Below, piece by piece: positions 1 through 10,670 of a DNA stretch of 64,000 nucleotides. Source of the DNA: Mobula hypostoma (lineage: Eukaryota); NCBI RefSeq assembly GCF_963921235.1, contig NC_086108.1, positions 17,546,001-17,610,000 of the forward strand, read 5' to 3'. The notes beneath the pieces were generated by a model. The model was not told the origin of the DNA. It saw nothing but the letters and a program-made list of their open reading frames with translations, and did no database searches. Numbering within the stretch: the first letter of the stretch is position 1; the number at the start of each line of letters is the position of its first letter. Made by a program: the position numbers and the translations under genes.

Positions 1-383
1 TGAGGTGAGTGCAGAAGGCAAGACAATCTTCAGTGCTGTCTACCAGCCTCTTGCTTGCTGCTGCCAAAGAAGGTGTTTGTATGTGATGGTCTCTTGCATG
101 TTGCTCCTGAGAGAAGGCCTTTGTGTTCAAATGCTCTCTGTCTCTCTTCTCAATGCTGTCAGAGGATGGTACCAAAGTTCTGTGTCTGCGGTTTGTCAAT
201 TGGTCTGTAGTTCAATTGGACTCTTTCAATTTTGTGTTTTTACATTGTGTTTCCGTCTGTTCTTTCTTGTTTGCATATTTTTTTTGCGTGGGTGGGGAGG
301 GGGTTGGTGTTTGAAGTTCTTGTTGCCAGAGTTGTATACTGTGTACATAATTCGACAATAAATGTACCTTGAACCTTGAACCT
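1..383 (+). mobile_element. 3' part of a SINE-like/non-autonomous retroelement ending in AATAAA and a (CCTTGAA)n tail
   Basis: GT-rich 3' region, AATAAA at ~357, then tandem TGAACCT tail. A similar 3' end occurs at 37150-37375. Confidence 0.55.
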
Positions 384-829
384 TTATCTGTAACGATCTG
401 TTCCAAGTTGCTTGCTAAACCACTCAGACAGAAAGATGCCTTCAGGAACATCTCAAACTCTGAGAACTAAGCAATAGCAGCAGATGGTAGTTAAAGCTAA
501 AAGGGTTAAATTATAAGAGTAAACAGGGCAAGTTAGGATCACATTCCCTAGAAGCTGATGATGGACATACCAGCTTGATTGAGGAATTCCAAGTAATTGA
601 AGGATCTGATATACTGTAGATAAAAGAAGGAGAAACTAGTTTCCCTGGTGAGGAAGTCTCCACCATTAGAGACAAGTCATCAGGTTAATTTCAGCATGCC
701 ATTCTTTATACAACCACGCACTCGCATGGGGGTCAATGCAAAGGTTCGTAGGTGACACTGATAAATGCTGAGATAAAGACTGAAGGATGTGAGAGGTGTC
801 AAAACACAAAAATCAGCCATGGTCTAACT

Positions 830-909
830 CAGGGGTTCCCAAACATTTTTATGCCATGCACCCCTACCATTAATTGAGGCGTCCCTTTACCCCAGGCTGG
901 GAACCCCTG
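830..909. mobile_element. 80-bp hAT MITE
   Basis: TIRs CAGGGGTTCCCA/TGGGAACCCCTG; perfect 8-bp TSD GTCTAACT (822-829, 910-917). Confidence 0.9.
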
Positions 910-1074
910 GTCTAACTGAATGATGGGATGAGCTCAAAAGGCTGAACATATTGAGATTATGGTGGTGATATGTTTAAACCTGGAGTCTTACAACATGGAA
1001 ACAGGCCCTTTGGCTCACTGAGTCTGCACCATCAACCATTCATTCACACTAATCTCATTTCATTCTACACACAT

Positions 1075-1280
1075 TCTCATTGGGGCAAAGTACAGTGGCC
1101 AGTTAATCTACCAATCTAAACATCTTTGGGATATGGGAGGAAATCAGAGGATGGGTGAAACCCATTTGCTCACAGGGACAGCACGTAAACTCCACACAGA
1201 CAGCACCTGAGGACGTAATTAAACCCTGGTTTCTGGAGATGAGAAACATTGGCTCCATCTTTGGCACCGCTCTGCTGCCT
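1075..1280 (-). mobile_element. tRNA-derived V-SINE (HE1-like) remnant
   Basis: Reverse complement shows degenerate A/B boxes and the V-domain-like GTGTGGAGTTT...GGGTTTC...TTTCCTCCCA. Confidence 0.6.
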
Positions 1281-1344
1281 TGTTCTATTCACTTGCTGAA
1301 ATAACCCCTGAACTGATAAACCTTTGACCTGGTAAAGTGTTTAC

Positions 1345-1604
1345 CTGGGGACTGTTGAGTGCTCCGTAGCCAACGGCCGGTGTGGATGGCAAGGACACAG
1401 AGGGAGAGCCGATTGACGATGTGATAACGGGGTATGGAGAGCCCAGTCCATTGACTGGAGAGGCCAAGCTTCCCAAGGGGGAGGTGAGGGGGCGCGAAGC
1501 ATTTATTGAAGATCCGATCATTGACTGGTGACCAACTACTGAGTTCACTGTTGAATGTGGGGATGCTGAGCTCATCGACGTGGAGTTCACTTGTATTGCC
1601 GAGT
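1345..1604 (-). CDS. rxrg: Retinoid X receptor gamma, exon 2 (A/B, AF-1 domain)
   Basis: Acceptor TTTCTTCTCCCCACAG|, donor CAG|GTAAAC; 260 nt, phase 1 to phase 0. Encodes (H)[86 protein letters not shown], a typical RXR A/B region ending at SPQ like RXR exon 2. The GSPYxVIT and SRPLxSP motifs favour RXRG. Confidence 0.93.
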
Positions 1605-1624
1605 CTGTGGGGAGAAGAAAGCTC

Positions 1625-1990
1625 ATTGGTAATAGGTTTATTATTCTGACGTGTATGTAAAAACTTTACTTTGCATCTCATTCATGGAGATCATTTAAAA
1701 CATCAACATATTGAGGCAGTACAAAGGGAAAAAGGCAATAACAGAATGCAGAACATTGTGTTACCAGTTGCAGAGAAAGTACATTTCAGGCAGACTAAGG
1801 CCATGACAAGGTAGATTGTAAGGTCAAAGCTCCATCTTATCGTACAAAAGGTCCATTCAATAGTAACAGCAAGATAGAAGTCATCCTTGAACCTGGTGGT
1901 CCATGGAAGGGAGACTTGCTTGTGTCATGAACTGAACTGTGTCCACAACTCTCTGAAACGTTTTGTAGTCTTGTATAGAGTAGATGTCAT
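1625..1990 (-). mobile_element. Degraded LINE (Rex/L2-type) 3' end abutting the exon 2 acceptor
   Basis: Shares a 3' UTR motif series with the copies at 19300-19640 and 61640-62000 (CACAATCTACCTTG...CACT...TGCATTCTGTT...AATAAACC). Confidence 0.5.
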
Positions 1991-2530
1991 ACCATGCCGT
2001 GAGGCAAGACCTAATTCTGCTCCTATATCTTATGGTCCAGTGCCAAGATCACTCCACCCAGCCCCTAGCAATAGAGGCTGAGCTTTTTGCTCACAACTAC
2101 CCACTTCTTAATACAAGATTCCATCTCCGAGAAGGTCCTCAACCCAAAATGTTCATGTGAGAAGTGAACAGACATTGCGTGAGGGAGAGGATCACAGAAA
2201 CAGCCATGACAGGAGAGTGAGTGAAAAGGATCAGGTCAGAAATCAAGTTACTATTAGTTGGCCTTAGAACAGGTGGTCAGCCATTAAGGGGGTAGGAGTA
2301 GAAAAAGTGTTTTAACTGTGTTGACAAGAAGTTCACATACCGCACAGTAAGCTCTGAATCAGGCTTCTCTGAGTGTCCTCACAACCCAGTAGCAAGACTA
2401 GGGGCAAACTAACTTGAAGGCACCTTGAGCAACATGGATGACTAGGGCCGAATGGCCTTTTTCCATGCTGTGTGACTGTAAGACTCTAAATCTTTGGTTC
2501 TCTATCTAAAACTAGAAGGTAGAAGAGAGC

Positions 2531-3240
2531 ATTGAATTGAGTTTATTTCTTATATCCTTCACATACATGAGTAAAAATCATTACGTTACGTCTCCGTCTA
2601 AATGTGCAATGTGCAATGTGCAATCATAGTAATTTGTAATAATTTATAATAAATAGAACAGTCAATGTAATATAGAGTACACTCAAATCAGCGTGAGTTC
2701 ATTAGTCTGATGGCCTGGTGGAAGAAGTTGTCCTGGAGCCTGTTGGTCCTGGCTTTTATGTTGCGGTACCGTTTTCCGGAAGGTAGCAGCTGGAATAGAT
2801 TGTGGTTGGGGTGACTTGGGTCCTCAATGATCCTACAGGCCCTTTTTACACACCTGTCCTTGTAAATGTCCTGAATCATGGGAAGTTCACAACTACAGAT
2901 GCACTGGGCTGTTCACATATCTTCTGATTAAGGGAGATACAGTTTCCTTAACAGGCAGTGATGCAGACAATCAAGATGTTTTCAATTGTGCCCTGTAGAA
3001 AGTTCTTAGGATTTGGGGGCTCATACCAAACTTCCTCAACAGTCTGAGGTGAAAGAGGCGTTGTTGTGCCTTTTTCACCACACAGCTGGTGTGTACAGAC
3101 CACGTGAGGTCCTCGGTGATGTGGATGCTGAGGAACTTAAAGCTGTTCACCCTCTCAACCCCAGATCCATTCATGTCAATAGGGGTTAGCCTGTCTCCAT
3201 TCCTCCTGTAATCCACAACCAGCTCCTTTGTTTTTGCTTT
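2531..3240 (-). mobile_element. Rex1/Babar-type LINE, 5'-truncated 3' fragment
   Basis: ORFs VERVNSFKFLSIHITEDLTW...KKAQQRLFHLR and DPSHPNHNLFQLLPSGKRYR...NFFHQAIRLMN match the Rex1/Babar ORF C-terminus; (ATTCA)-type tail. Confidence 0.85.
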
Positions 3241-4707
3241 GAGAGAGTACAGGAATTGAGTACAGGATTTGCTTTGCTTTGTTTTGAGAGAGTACAGGAA
3301 TTGATTCCGGGAGGTGGGATTTCATACGGGGATCATTTTTGGAGAAGATTAAGAGGTTATTTGATCGGAGTAGGCAATATTAAGGCAGGTTTCAAAAGAG
3401 TGAAGGGAGGCAAACTATTCCCACAAATGGAATCAGAGACCAGAGGGCAAAGAACAAAAGGACTGGAAAAAGATCCAGACGGAAGGAGAGGAAAATGTTT
3501 TTTTCTTCAACACAGTGATAAGATATAATGAGGAATTCACTGTCTGAACATATACTTGATGCAGAGCCAACTGTGTACAGGGAACTGCAAATGTTTTGCT
3601 TTCAACAAATTATCCAATTCCTTCTGAAAGCCAGAACAGGGGAATGGGAGTGACTGCACGTCTCTACAACGTACTGCCATGCATTCAATGGGTTGAATGG
3701 TCCCCTTCTGTGTCCTAGGAAGGATTTGATAAAGTTGTAAAGATTAGGTAGGCTTGGATCTGGCTCAAAGTGGTAATTAAGGAGAAATACCGGCTTCTGG
3801 AAATAACGGCACAAGCCATGAGTCAGTGTTCCCAAGGGAGCTGCAGGCAGTGTGCGTGGTGGTGTAATGGTCAGCCTCAGGGGGCTGGGGGTGGGTTGGT
3901 GGTGGTGATGGTTTGAGTTTCCAGTGTGGGCTCCATTCGGCATGTATGCAGAGTAAGCTCAGTCACAGTTCCCATCAACGTAAACGATCATATTCAGCAA
4001 ATGTAACTACTCTGTCACCTTTCATGAAGACAGGGAGATGTGGGTCTTCCCCTAATGTTACTTGGCACATGTCAGCTTAATTTAACCTTGTGTTATCGCT
4101 CAATGACCTCCAACCATCCTCCTTGCTCAGCTTCAAGGCATTATTGTGGAGTGAATGTACACATAAGAAACTGAGCTGGGCACCTTTGTAATGGCCCGTA
4201 TTCCCAGCTGCAGTAGATGGAGGGAACTCAGCTGGTCTGCCTGCACATGGTCCATATCCATCCATTCTCTGTATATCCAAGAGCTTGTCTAGGAGCCTTT
4301 AATATGCATCCGTCATATCTGCATCCACCATGGCTTTTGGCAGTTTGTTCTAGCCACCACTCTCCTTCACATCTCCTTTGAACTTTCCCTCATTAAATGA
4401 ATGCCTTTTAATAATACCTTCTAACCAGGAAATACTGAAAGGGTTAATGGGAATAGCAGTAGGGCAAAGGCAGCACAGGGGCTATGAGCAGGAGAGACCA
4501 GGAGCTGAAGACTGGAGGGAATGCAATGAAGAGACAGAGAGATTGGGAGCCACAGGGGTTGAAGAGGTCAGAGAGTGATTTGAGATAAACCGATAAATCA
4601 GCAGTCCACCCATTGAAGTACTGGAGTGGTACCTTTAAGGGGAAGCTATGCAGCGGTGTGAGAGAAAAGGTTCATCCAGGGGGAACGTGTTTAGTAATGT
4701 GACCTGG

Positions 4708-5060
4708 CAAAACACAAGATGGTGGGGAACTCAGTGGGTCATGCAGTGGAAGGAAATGGACAGATGTTTTGTGCTGAGATTCTGTATCTGGACTAAATGG
4801 ATAGAGGGGAGATAGGCAGTTTAAAGCTGCAAGGAGAAGGAGTGAAAGAAAGCAGGCAGGAAATAGGTGGATCCAAATGGGAGGAGTGATGGGCAGATGA
4901 GGAGGAGTGAGGGGAAGTGGGAACAGCGACAGAGGCTGGGAGGTGACAAAGGGCTGCAGACTGTGGAATCTGATAGAGGGTGTGCAGCATGGATTCAAGA
5001 GAGGGAATGGGGAGGGCTGATGGGAACATTTGGGGAGGGGACCTGGTAAGAGGAATGTGT
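4708..5060 (-). mobile_element. Degenerate Penelope-like element 3' end/pLTR
   Basis: Pyrimidine-rich tract followed by decayed CAGTCCAGATACAGAATCTCAGCACAAAACATC..., homologous to the hammerhead-bearing pLTR copies elsewhere in the window. Confidence 0.5.
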
Positions 5061-5229
5061 GGGTGATAGGACCATGCAATGTTCAGCACTGACGACGTGC
5101 TCCCTACTTTACACAGCACATTAAGCACACACTGTGGGGAGCCAGCTCTAGTTTCTCACAACCTTGTGGACTTCAGGCACAAGCATGCAGAAGGCTACCC
5201 TAGCGCTGGAATAGGAAGATACTTCCCTA

Positions 5230-8200
5230 TTCAGAAGGGTAGGGAAAGGAAGAGGATGGCAGCAGTGATAGGGGCCTCTATAGTTAGGGGGTCAGACAAC
5301 TGTGGACACAAGGAACAAACACGGATGGTAGTTTGTCTCCCAGGTGCCACGGTCTAGGATGTTTCTGATCGCATCCACGATATCCTGAAGTGGAAAGGTA
5401 AACAGCCAGAGGTCATGGTACATATTGGTACCAACGACATAGGCAGGAAAAGGTCCTGAAAACAGACTACAGGGAGTTAGGAAGGAAGTTGAAAAGCAGG
5501 ATGTCAAAGGTAGTAATCTCCGGATTATATCTCAGTGAGTATAGGAATAGGGTGAGGTGGAGAATAAATGCGTGGCTGAGGGATTGGAGCAGGGAGCAGG
5601 GATTCAGATTTCTGGATCATTGAGACCTCTTTTGGAGCAGGAGTGACCTGTACAAAAAGGACGGGTTGCACTTGAATCTGAGGGGGCCAAATATCCTGGC
5701 AGGGTGTTTTGTTAAGCCTATTGGGGAGAGTTTAAACTAGAATCGCTGGGGGGTGGGAGTCAAACTGAAGAAATGGAGGAAGGGGTGGTACGCTCATAAA
5801 TTGAGACAGTGTGAGAGGGAGGGTAGGCAGGTGGTAGAGAAGGAATACGCTCAGACTGATGGTTTGGGATGTGTCTATTTTAATGCAAGGAGTATCATGA
5901 ACAAAGCAGATCAGCTGACAGCATGGATCCGTACTTGGAACTATGATGTTGTGGCCTTTACAGAGACATGGATGGCTCAAGAGCAAGAATGGCCACTTAG
6001 AGTGCCAGGCTTCAGAGGCAAAAGAGGTGGGAGCATGGCACTGCTGATCAGAGATAATGTCATGGCTGCAGAAAATGAGGAAGTCATGCAGGGATTGTCT
6101 GCTGAGTCTCAGTGGGTGGAAGTTAGGAACAGGAAGGTGTCAATAGAGTTAGTGTTTTTCTATAGAGCACCCAATAATAACAGGGGCATCGAGCAGCAGA
6201 TAGGGAGACAGATTCTGGAATGATGAAATAATAACAGGGTTGTCGTGGTGGGAGATTTTAATTTTCCCAATATTGATTGGCATCTCTCTAAAACAAGAGA
6301 TTTAGATGGAGTGGAGTTTGTTAGGTGTGTTCAGGTAGGTTTCCCGACACAATAAGTAGATAAGCCTACAAGAGGAGAGGCTGTACTTGATCTGGTATCA
6401 GGAAATGAATCTGGTCAGGTGTCAGGTCTCAGTGGGAGAGCATTTTGGAAATAGTGATCACAATTTAGGAAAGCATTTAATTGGAGTAAGGGGAATTATG
6501 AAGCTATCAGGCAGGAACTTGGAAGAATAAACTGAGAACAGATGTTCTCAGAGAAATGTACGGCAGAAATGTGGCAAACGTTCAGGGGATATTTGCGTAG
6601 TGTTCTGTATAGGTACATTCCAATGAGACAGTCAGAATGGTAGGGTACAGGGAACTATGGTGTAGAAAGGCTGTTGAAAATCTAGTCAAGAAAAGAAAAG
6701 CTTATGAAAGATTCAAAAATCTAGGTAATCTAGACAGCAGACACCAACAGAATCAACAAACTCATTCATAAGGCCAGTGATGTTGTGGGGATGGAACTGG
6801 ACTCTCTCACGGTGGTGTCTGAAAAGAGGATGCTGTCTAAGTTGCATGCCATCTTGGACAATGTCTCCCATCCACTACATAATGTACTGGGTGGGCACAG
6901 GAGTACATTCAGCCAGAGACTCATTCCACCGAGATGCAACACAGAGCGTCATAGGAAGTCATTCCTGCCTGTGGCCATCAAACGTTACAACTCCTCCCTT
7001 GGAGGGTCTGACACCTTGAGCCAATAGGCTGGTCCTGGACTTATTTCATAATTTACTGGCATAATTTACATATTACTATTTACCTATTTATGGTTCTATT
7101 ACTATTTATTATTTATGGTGCAACTGTAACGAAAACCAATTTCCCCGGGGATCAATAAAGTATGACTACTACTACTACTACTAATGATAGAGATCTAGAA
7201 AATTATAAGGCTAGCAGGAAGGAGCTTAAGAATGAAATTAGGAGAGCCAGAAGGGGCCATGAGAAGGCCTTGGCAGACAGGATTAAGGAAAACCCCAAGG
7301 CATTGTACGAGTATGTGAAGAGCAAGAGGATAAGATGTGAGAGAATAGGACCAATCAAGAGTGACAGTGGAAAAGTGTGTATGGAACTGGAGGAGATAGC
7401 TGAGGCACATACTTAATGAATACCTTGCTTCAGTATTCACTATGGAAAAGGACCTTGGCGATTGTAGGGATGACTTTCAGCAGACTGAAAAGCTTTAGCA
7501 TGTAGACATTAAGAAAGAGGATGTGCTGGAACTCTTGGAAAGCATCAATTTGGATAATTCACTAGGACTGTTCGAGATATACCCCAGGCTACTGTGGGAG
7601 GTGAGGGAGGAGATTGCTGAGCCTCTGGCAATGTTCTTTGCATCATCAATGGGGACGGGAGAGGTTCTGGAGGATTGGAGGATTGCAGATGTTGTTCCCC
7701 TATTCAAGAAAGGGAGTGGAGATAGCTCAGGAAATTATAGACCAGTGAGTCTTACTTCAGTGGTTGGTAAGTTGATGGTGAAGATCCTGACAGGCAGGAT
7801 TTATGAACATTTGGAGAGGCATAATATGATTAGGAGTACGTAGTCAGAATGGCTTTGTCAAAGGCAGGTTGTACCTTACGAGCCTGATTGAATTTTTTGA
7901 GGATGTGACTAAACACATTGATGAAGGTAGAGCAGTAGATGTAGATATGGATTTCGGCAAAACATTTGATAAGGTACCCCATGCAAGGTTCATTGAGAAA
8001 GTAAGAAGGCATGGGATCCAAGGGGACATTGTTTTGTGGATCCAGAATTGGCTTGCCCACAAAAGGCAAAGAGTGGTTTTAGATGGGTCATATTCTGTAT
8101 GGAGGTCGGTGACCAGTGGTGTGCCTCAGGGATCTGTTCTGGGACCCCTTCTCTTCTTGAGTTTTATAAATGACCTGGATGAGGAAGTGGAGGGATGGGT

Positions 8201-9110
8201 TAGTAAATTTGCTGATGACATAAAGGTTGGGGGTGTTGTGGATAGTGTGGAGGGCTGTCAGAGGTTATACTGGGAAATCGATAGGGTGCAAAACTGGGCT
8301 AAGAAGTGACAGATGGAGTTCAACCCAGATAAGTGTGAGGTGGTTCATTTTGGTAGATCAAATATAATGGCAGAATATAGTATTAATGGTAAGAGTCTTG
8401 GCAATGTGGAGAATCAGAGGGATCCTGGGGTCCATGCCCATAGGACACTCAAAGCTGCAGTGCAGGTTGACTCTGTGGTTAAGAAGGCATACGGTGCATT
8501 GGCCTTCATCAACCATGGGATTGATTTCAAGAGCTGAGAGGTAATGTTACAGCTATATAGGACCCTGGTCAGACCCCACTTGGAGTACTTGCTCAGTTCT
8601 GGTCACCTCACTACAGGAAGGATGTGGAAACTATAGAAAAGGTGCAGAAGAGATCTGCAAGGATGTTGCCTGGATTGGGGAGCATGCCTTCGCATGCCAT
8701 AGGTTGAGTGAACTTGGCCTTTTCTCCATGGAGCGAAAGAGGATTAGAAGTGACCTGATAAAGGTGTATAAGATGATGAGAGGCATTGATCATGTGGATG
8801 ATCAGGGGCTTTTCCCCAGGGCTGGAATGGCTAACACGAGAGGGCACAGTTTTAAGGTGCTTGGAAGTAGGTGCAGAGGGATGTCAGGGGTAAGCTTTTT
8901 TAAGCAGAGAATGGTGAGTGTGGAATGCGCTGCTGGCAACTGTGGAGGAGGCGGATACAATAAGGTCTTTTAAGAGTCTCCTGGATAGGTACATGGAGCT
9001 TAGATAAATAGAGGGCAATGGGTAACCCTAGGTAATTTCTCAGCTAAGTACATGTTCCGCACAGCATTGTAAGCCAAAGGGCCTCTATTGTGCTGTAGGT
9101 CTTCTATGTT
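5230..9110 (+). mobile_element. CR1 LINE, near full-length but decayed (ORF1 SGNH esterase, ORF2 APE + RT)
   Basis: VIGASIVRG...VCLPGA...VHIGTNDIG (esterase); YFNARSIMNK...YDVVAFTETW (APE); GVPQGSVLGP...KFADD (RT). Multiple stops and frameshifts; TTCTATGT tail at ~9102-9110. Confidence 0.93.
6730..7181 (+). mobile_element. Rex1/Babar LINE 3' fragment inserted into the CR1
   Basis: Nearly identical to the 3' ends of the copies at 22630-23070 and 56805-57250; (ACT)n tail; short TAAT duplication (6726-6729 / 7182-7185). Confidence 0.9.
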
Positions 9111-9276
9111 TCCAGATTCCCCAGCAAATTTCAAACCTTTTGTAAAGTTTAAGACCAAATGCTACTCACACACAACTGGCAAACTGCATTGGACTAGTTT
9201 GAGAGATTCACTAGAACAGTTTATTTCATTTTGAAATGGCGGTACAATTTATCCTTGCCTTCTTTACCAGGTTATT

Positions 9277-9470
9277 GGGGTGTATGGGATGTCAGGGAGG
9301 GGTAGCACCTCTGGTGGAGGAACATGCCATGTCCTTTTCAAGGCGGTTAGTCCACCTTTGGTCCCCACCTGGCACTCAGCTCTCACCTGTGGCTCCCCGT
9401 AGCTGTTTGCATGCGATAGCGGCCACACCCCGGGCAACGGCTTCGACAAGCCGGCTAAACCAGGTGAGGG
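9277..9470 (+). ncRNA. HDV-like self-cleaving ribozyme (predicted)
   Basis: P1 GGGGTGT 9277-9283 / ACACCCC 9425-9431. P2 CTCTCACCTGT 9380-9390 / AC(C)AGGTGAGGG 9459-9470. P3 GGC 9391-9393 / GCC 9422-9424. L3 TCCCCGT. P1.1 CC 9395-9396 / GG 9432-9433, followed by GCAA. P4 CGGCTT/AAGCCG. J4/2 G-C9455-TAA (C75 equivalent). Confidence 0.8.
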
Positions 9471-9855
9471 TTGCCGACGGGTCTCAAACCCTCGGTGAGA
9501 TAGGGAGTTGTCTATCCCAGCATGTGACGACAGACTCCGGCGGATTGAGCGGACGAGACCAATGGAAGGTCCAACGGTCAAGAAGGCGGTCTCTGCAAGC
9601 GTCGTGGAATGTGTAGAGCAGGACAAGACACAGAAGACGTTCTGGTCATCCACTGCGCCTAGTCCCATCTCCAGCCACTTCGACTGTGTCTTGCCACTGG
9701 ATCCAGATGGGAATTGGAAAGACAGAGTGAGGCTGATGCTGCGCAACTCTCCCTCACTTAAATCCAAATCACGCGCTAGTTTCGACACCATCATAATGGT
9801 GTCAAGGTCCTCACTGATGTCGACAATGGACGAACACACATACACACACACACAC
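9277..9855 (+). mobile_element. Non-autonomous RTE-derived short retroelement with 5' HDV-like ribozyme and (CA)n tail
   Basis: TSD ACCAGGTTATT(G) at 9266-9277 and 9856-9867; CpG-rich (young); (CA)n tail; no tRNA boxes. The RTE affinity is from recalled similarity to RTE 5' UTR-derived SINEs. Confidence 0.85.
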
Positions 9856-10094
9856 ACCAGGTTATTGCCAGATATGTCAGCAACATTTATGGTGCTCAGA
9901 TAAAGAACTCTGCCCTCATTTCAGAGATAAACCTACCACTTCAAAAGTAATCTTCAGCTCATCGCAGTGCTTTTTCCTGGCAGAAACCACAACCTGTAAT
10001 GCACTTAAAAGTGCTCCCTGCACAATGCAGCAGAGGAACAGGCCTTTTAGCTCATGATGTGTGAAACTAATTAAGTTAAAGGCACCCAATCCCT

Positions 10095-10670
10095 TCTGCC
10101 TACACATTGTCCCTCTCCCTCTGTTCTCTGCATATTCTTGTGCTTATCTAATAACATCTTAAACACCTCTATTAAATCTGCATCTATCACCATCCCTGGC
10201 AACACATTCAAGCTCCCACCACTCTATGTGTAAAAGGAATTTGCTCCATACATCTCCTTTGAAGTTTCCTTCTCTCACTTTAAACGCATGGCCTCTAATA
10301 TTAGACATTTCAACCCGGGCAAAAAGGATACTGGCTGTTCACTTCATCTATTTCATAAACTTCTATTAGGACGAGGAATTATCTGCCACTCCTGAGAAAA
10401 TAGGGTTGTTTGTTCAACATCTCTTTCTACCGCACATCCTCTAATCCAATCTAAGCATTCAATCTTGATAGATTTCTTCAGCACCTTCTCAAAAGCCTTC
10501 CTATAATGGGACAACCAGAATTGATTGCAGATATGGCATAGAGTTTTATAAAGCTGTAGCATAACATCCTGACTCTTGAATTCCGTGCTTCAACTAATAA
10601 AGGCATGCATATGCCTTCTGTACTGCCTTATTGACTTCTGAGGCCACTATCAGGGAGCGAAGGACTTGTT
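10095..10670 (-). mobile_element. Old CR1 3' fragment
   Basis: MLQLYKTL...QFWLSHYRK resembles the CR1 ORF2 C-terminus; heavily decayed. Confidence 0.65.

Noticed and set aside
1285..1626. 113-aa stand-alone ORF, or RXRA/RXRB identity
   Set aside because: Strong splice sites delimit an internal exon. The MYG-type exon 1 and GSPYxVIT motif point to RXRG.
7162..7416. ORF starting MTTTTTT
   Set aside because: Artefact of the Rex1 (ACT)n tail fused to the resumed CR1 ORF2.
9264..9857. 197-aa minus-strand ORF spanning the ribozyme-headed element
   Set aside because: Starts at a GTG in the (CA)n tail and shows no recognisable domain; most likely a chance open frame in GC-rich sequence.
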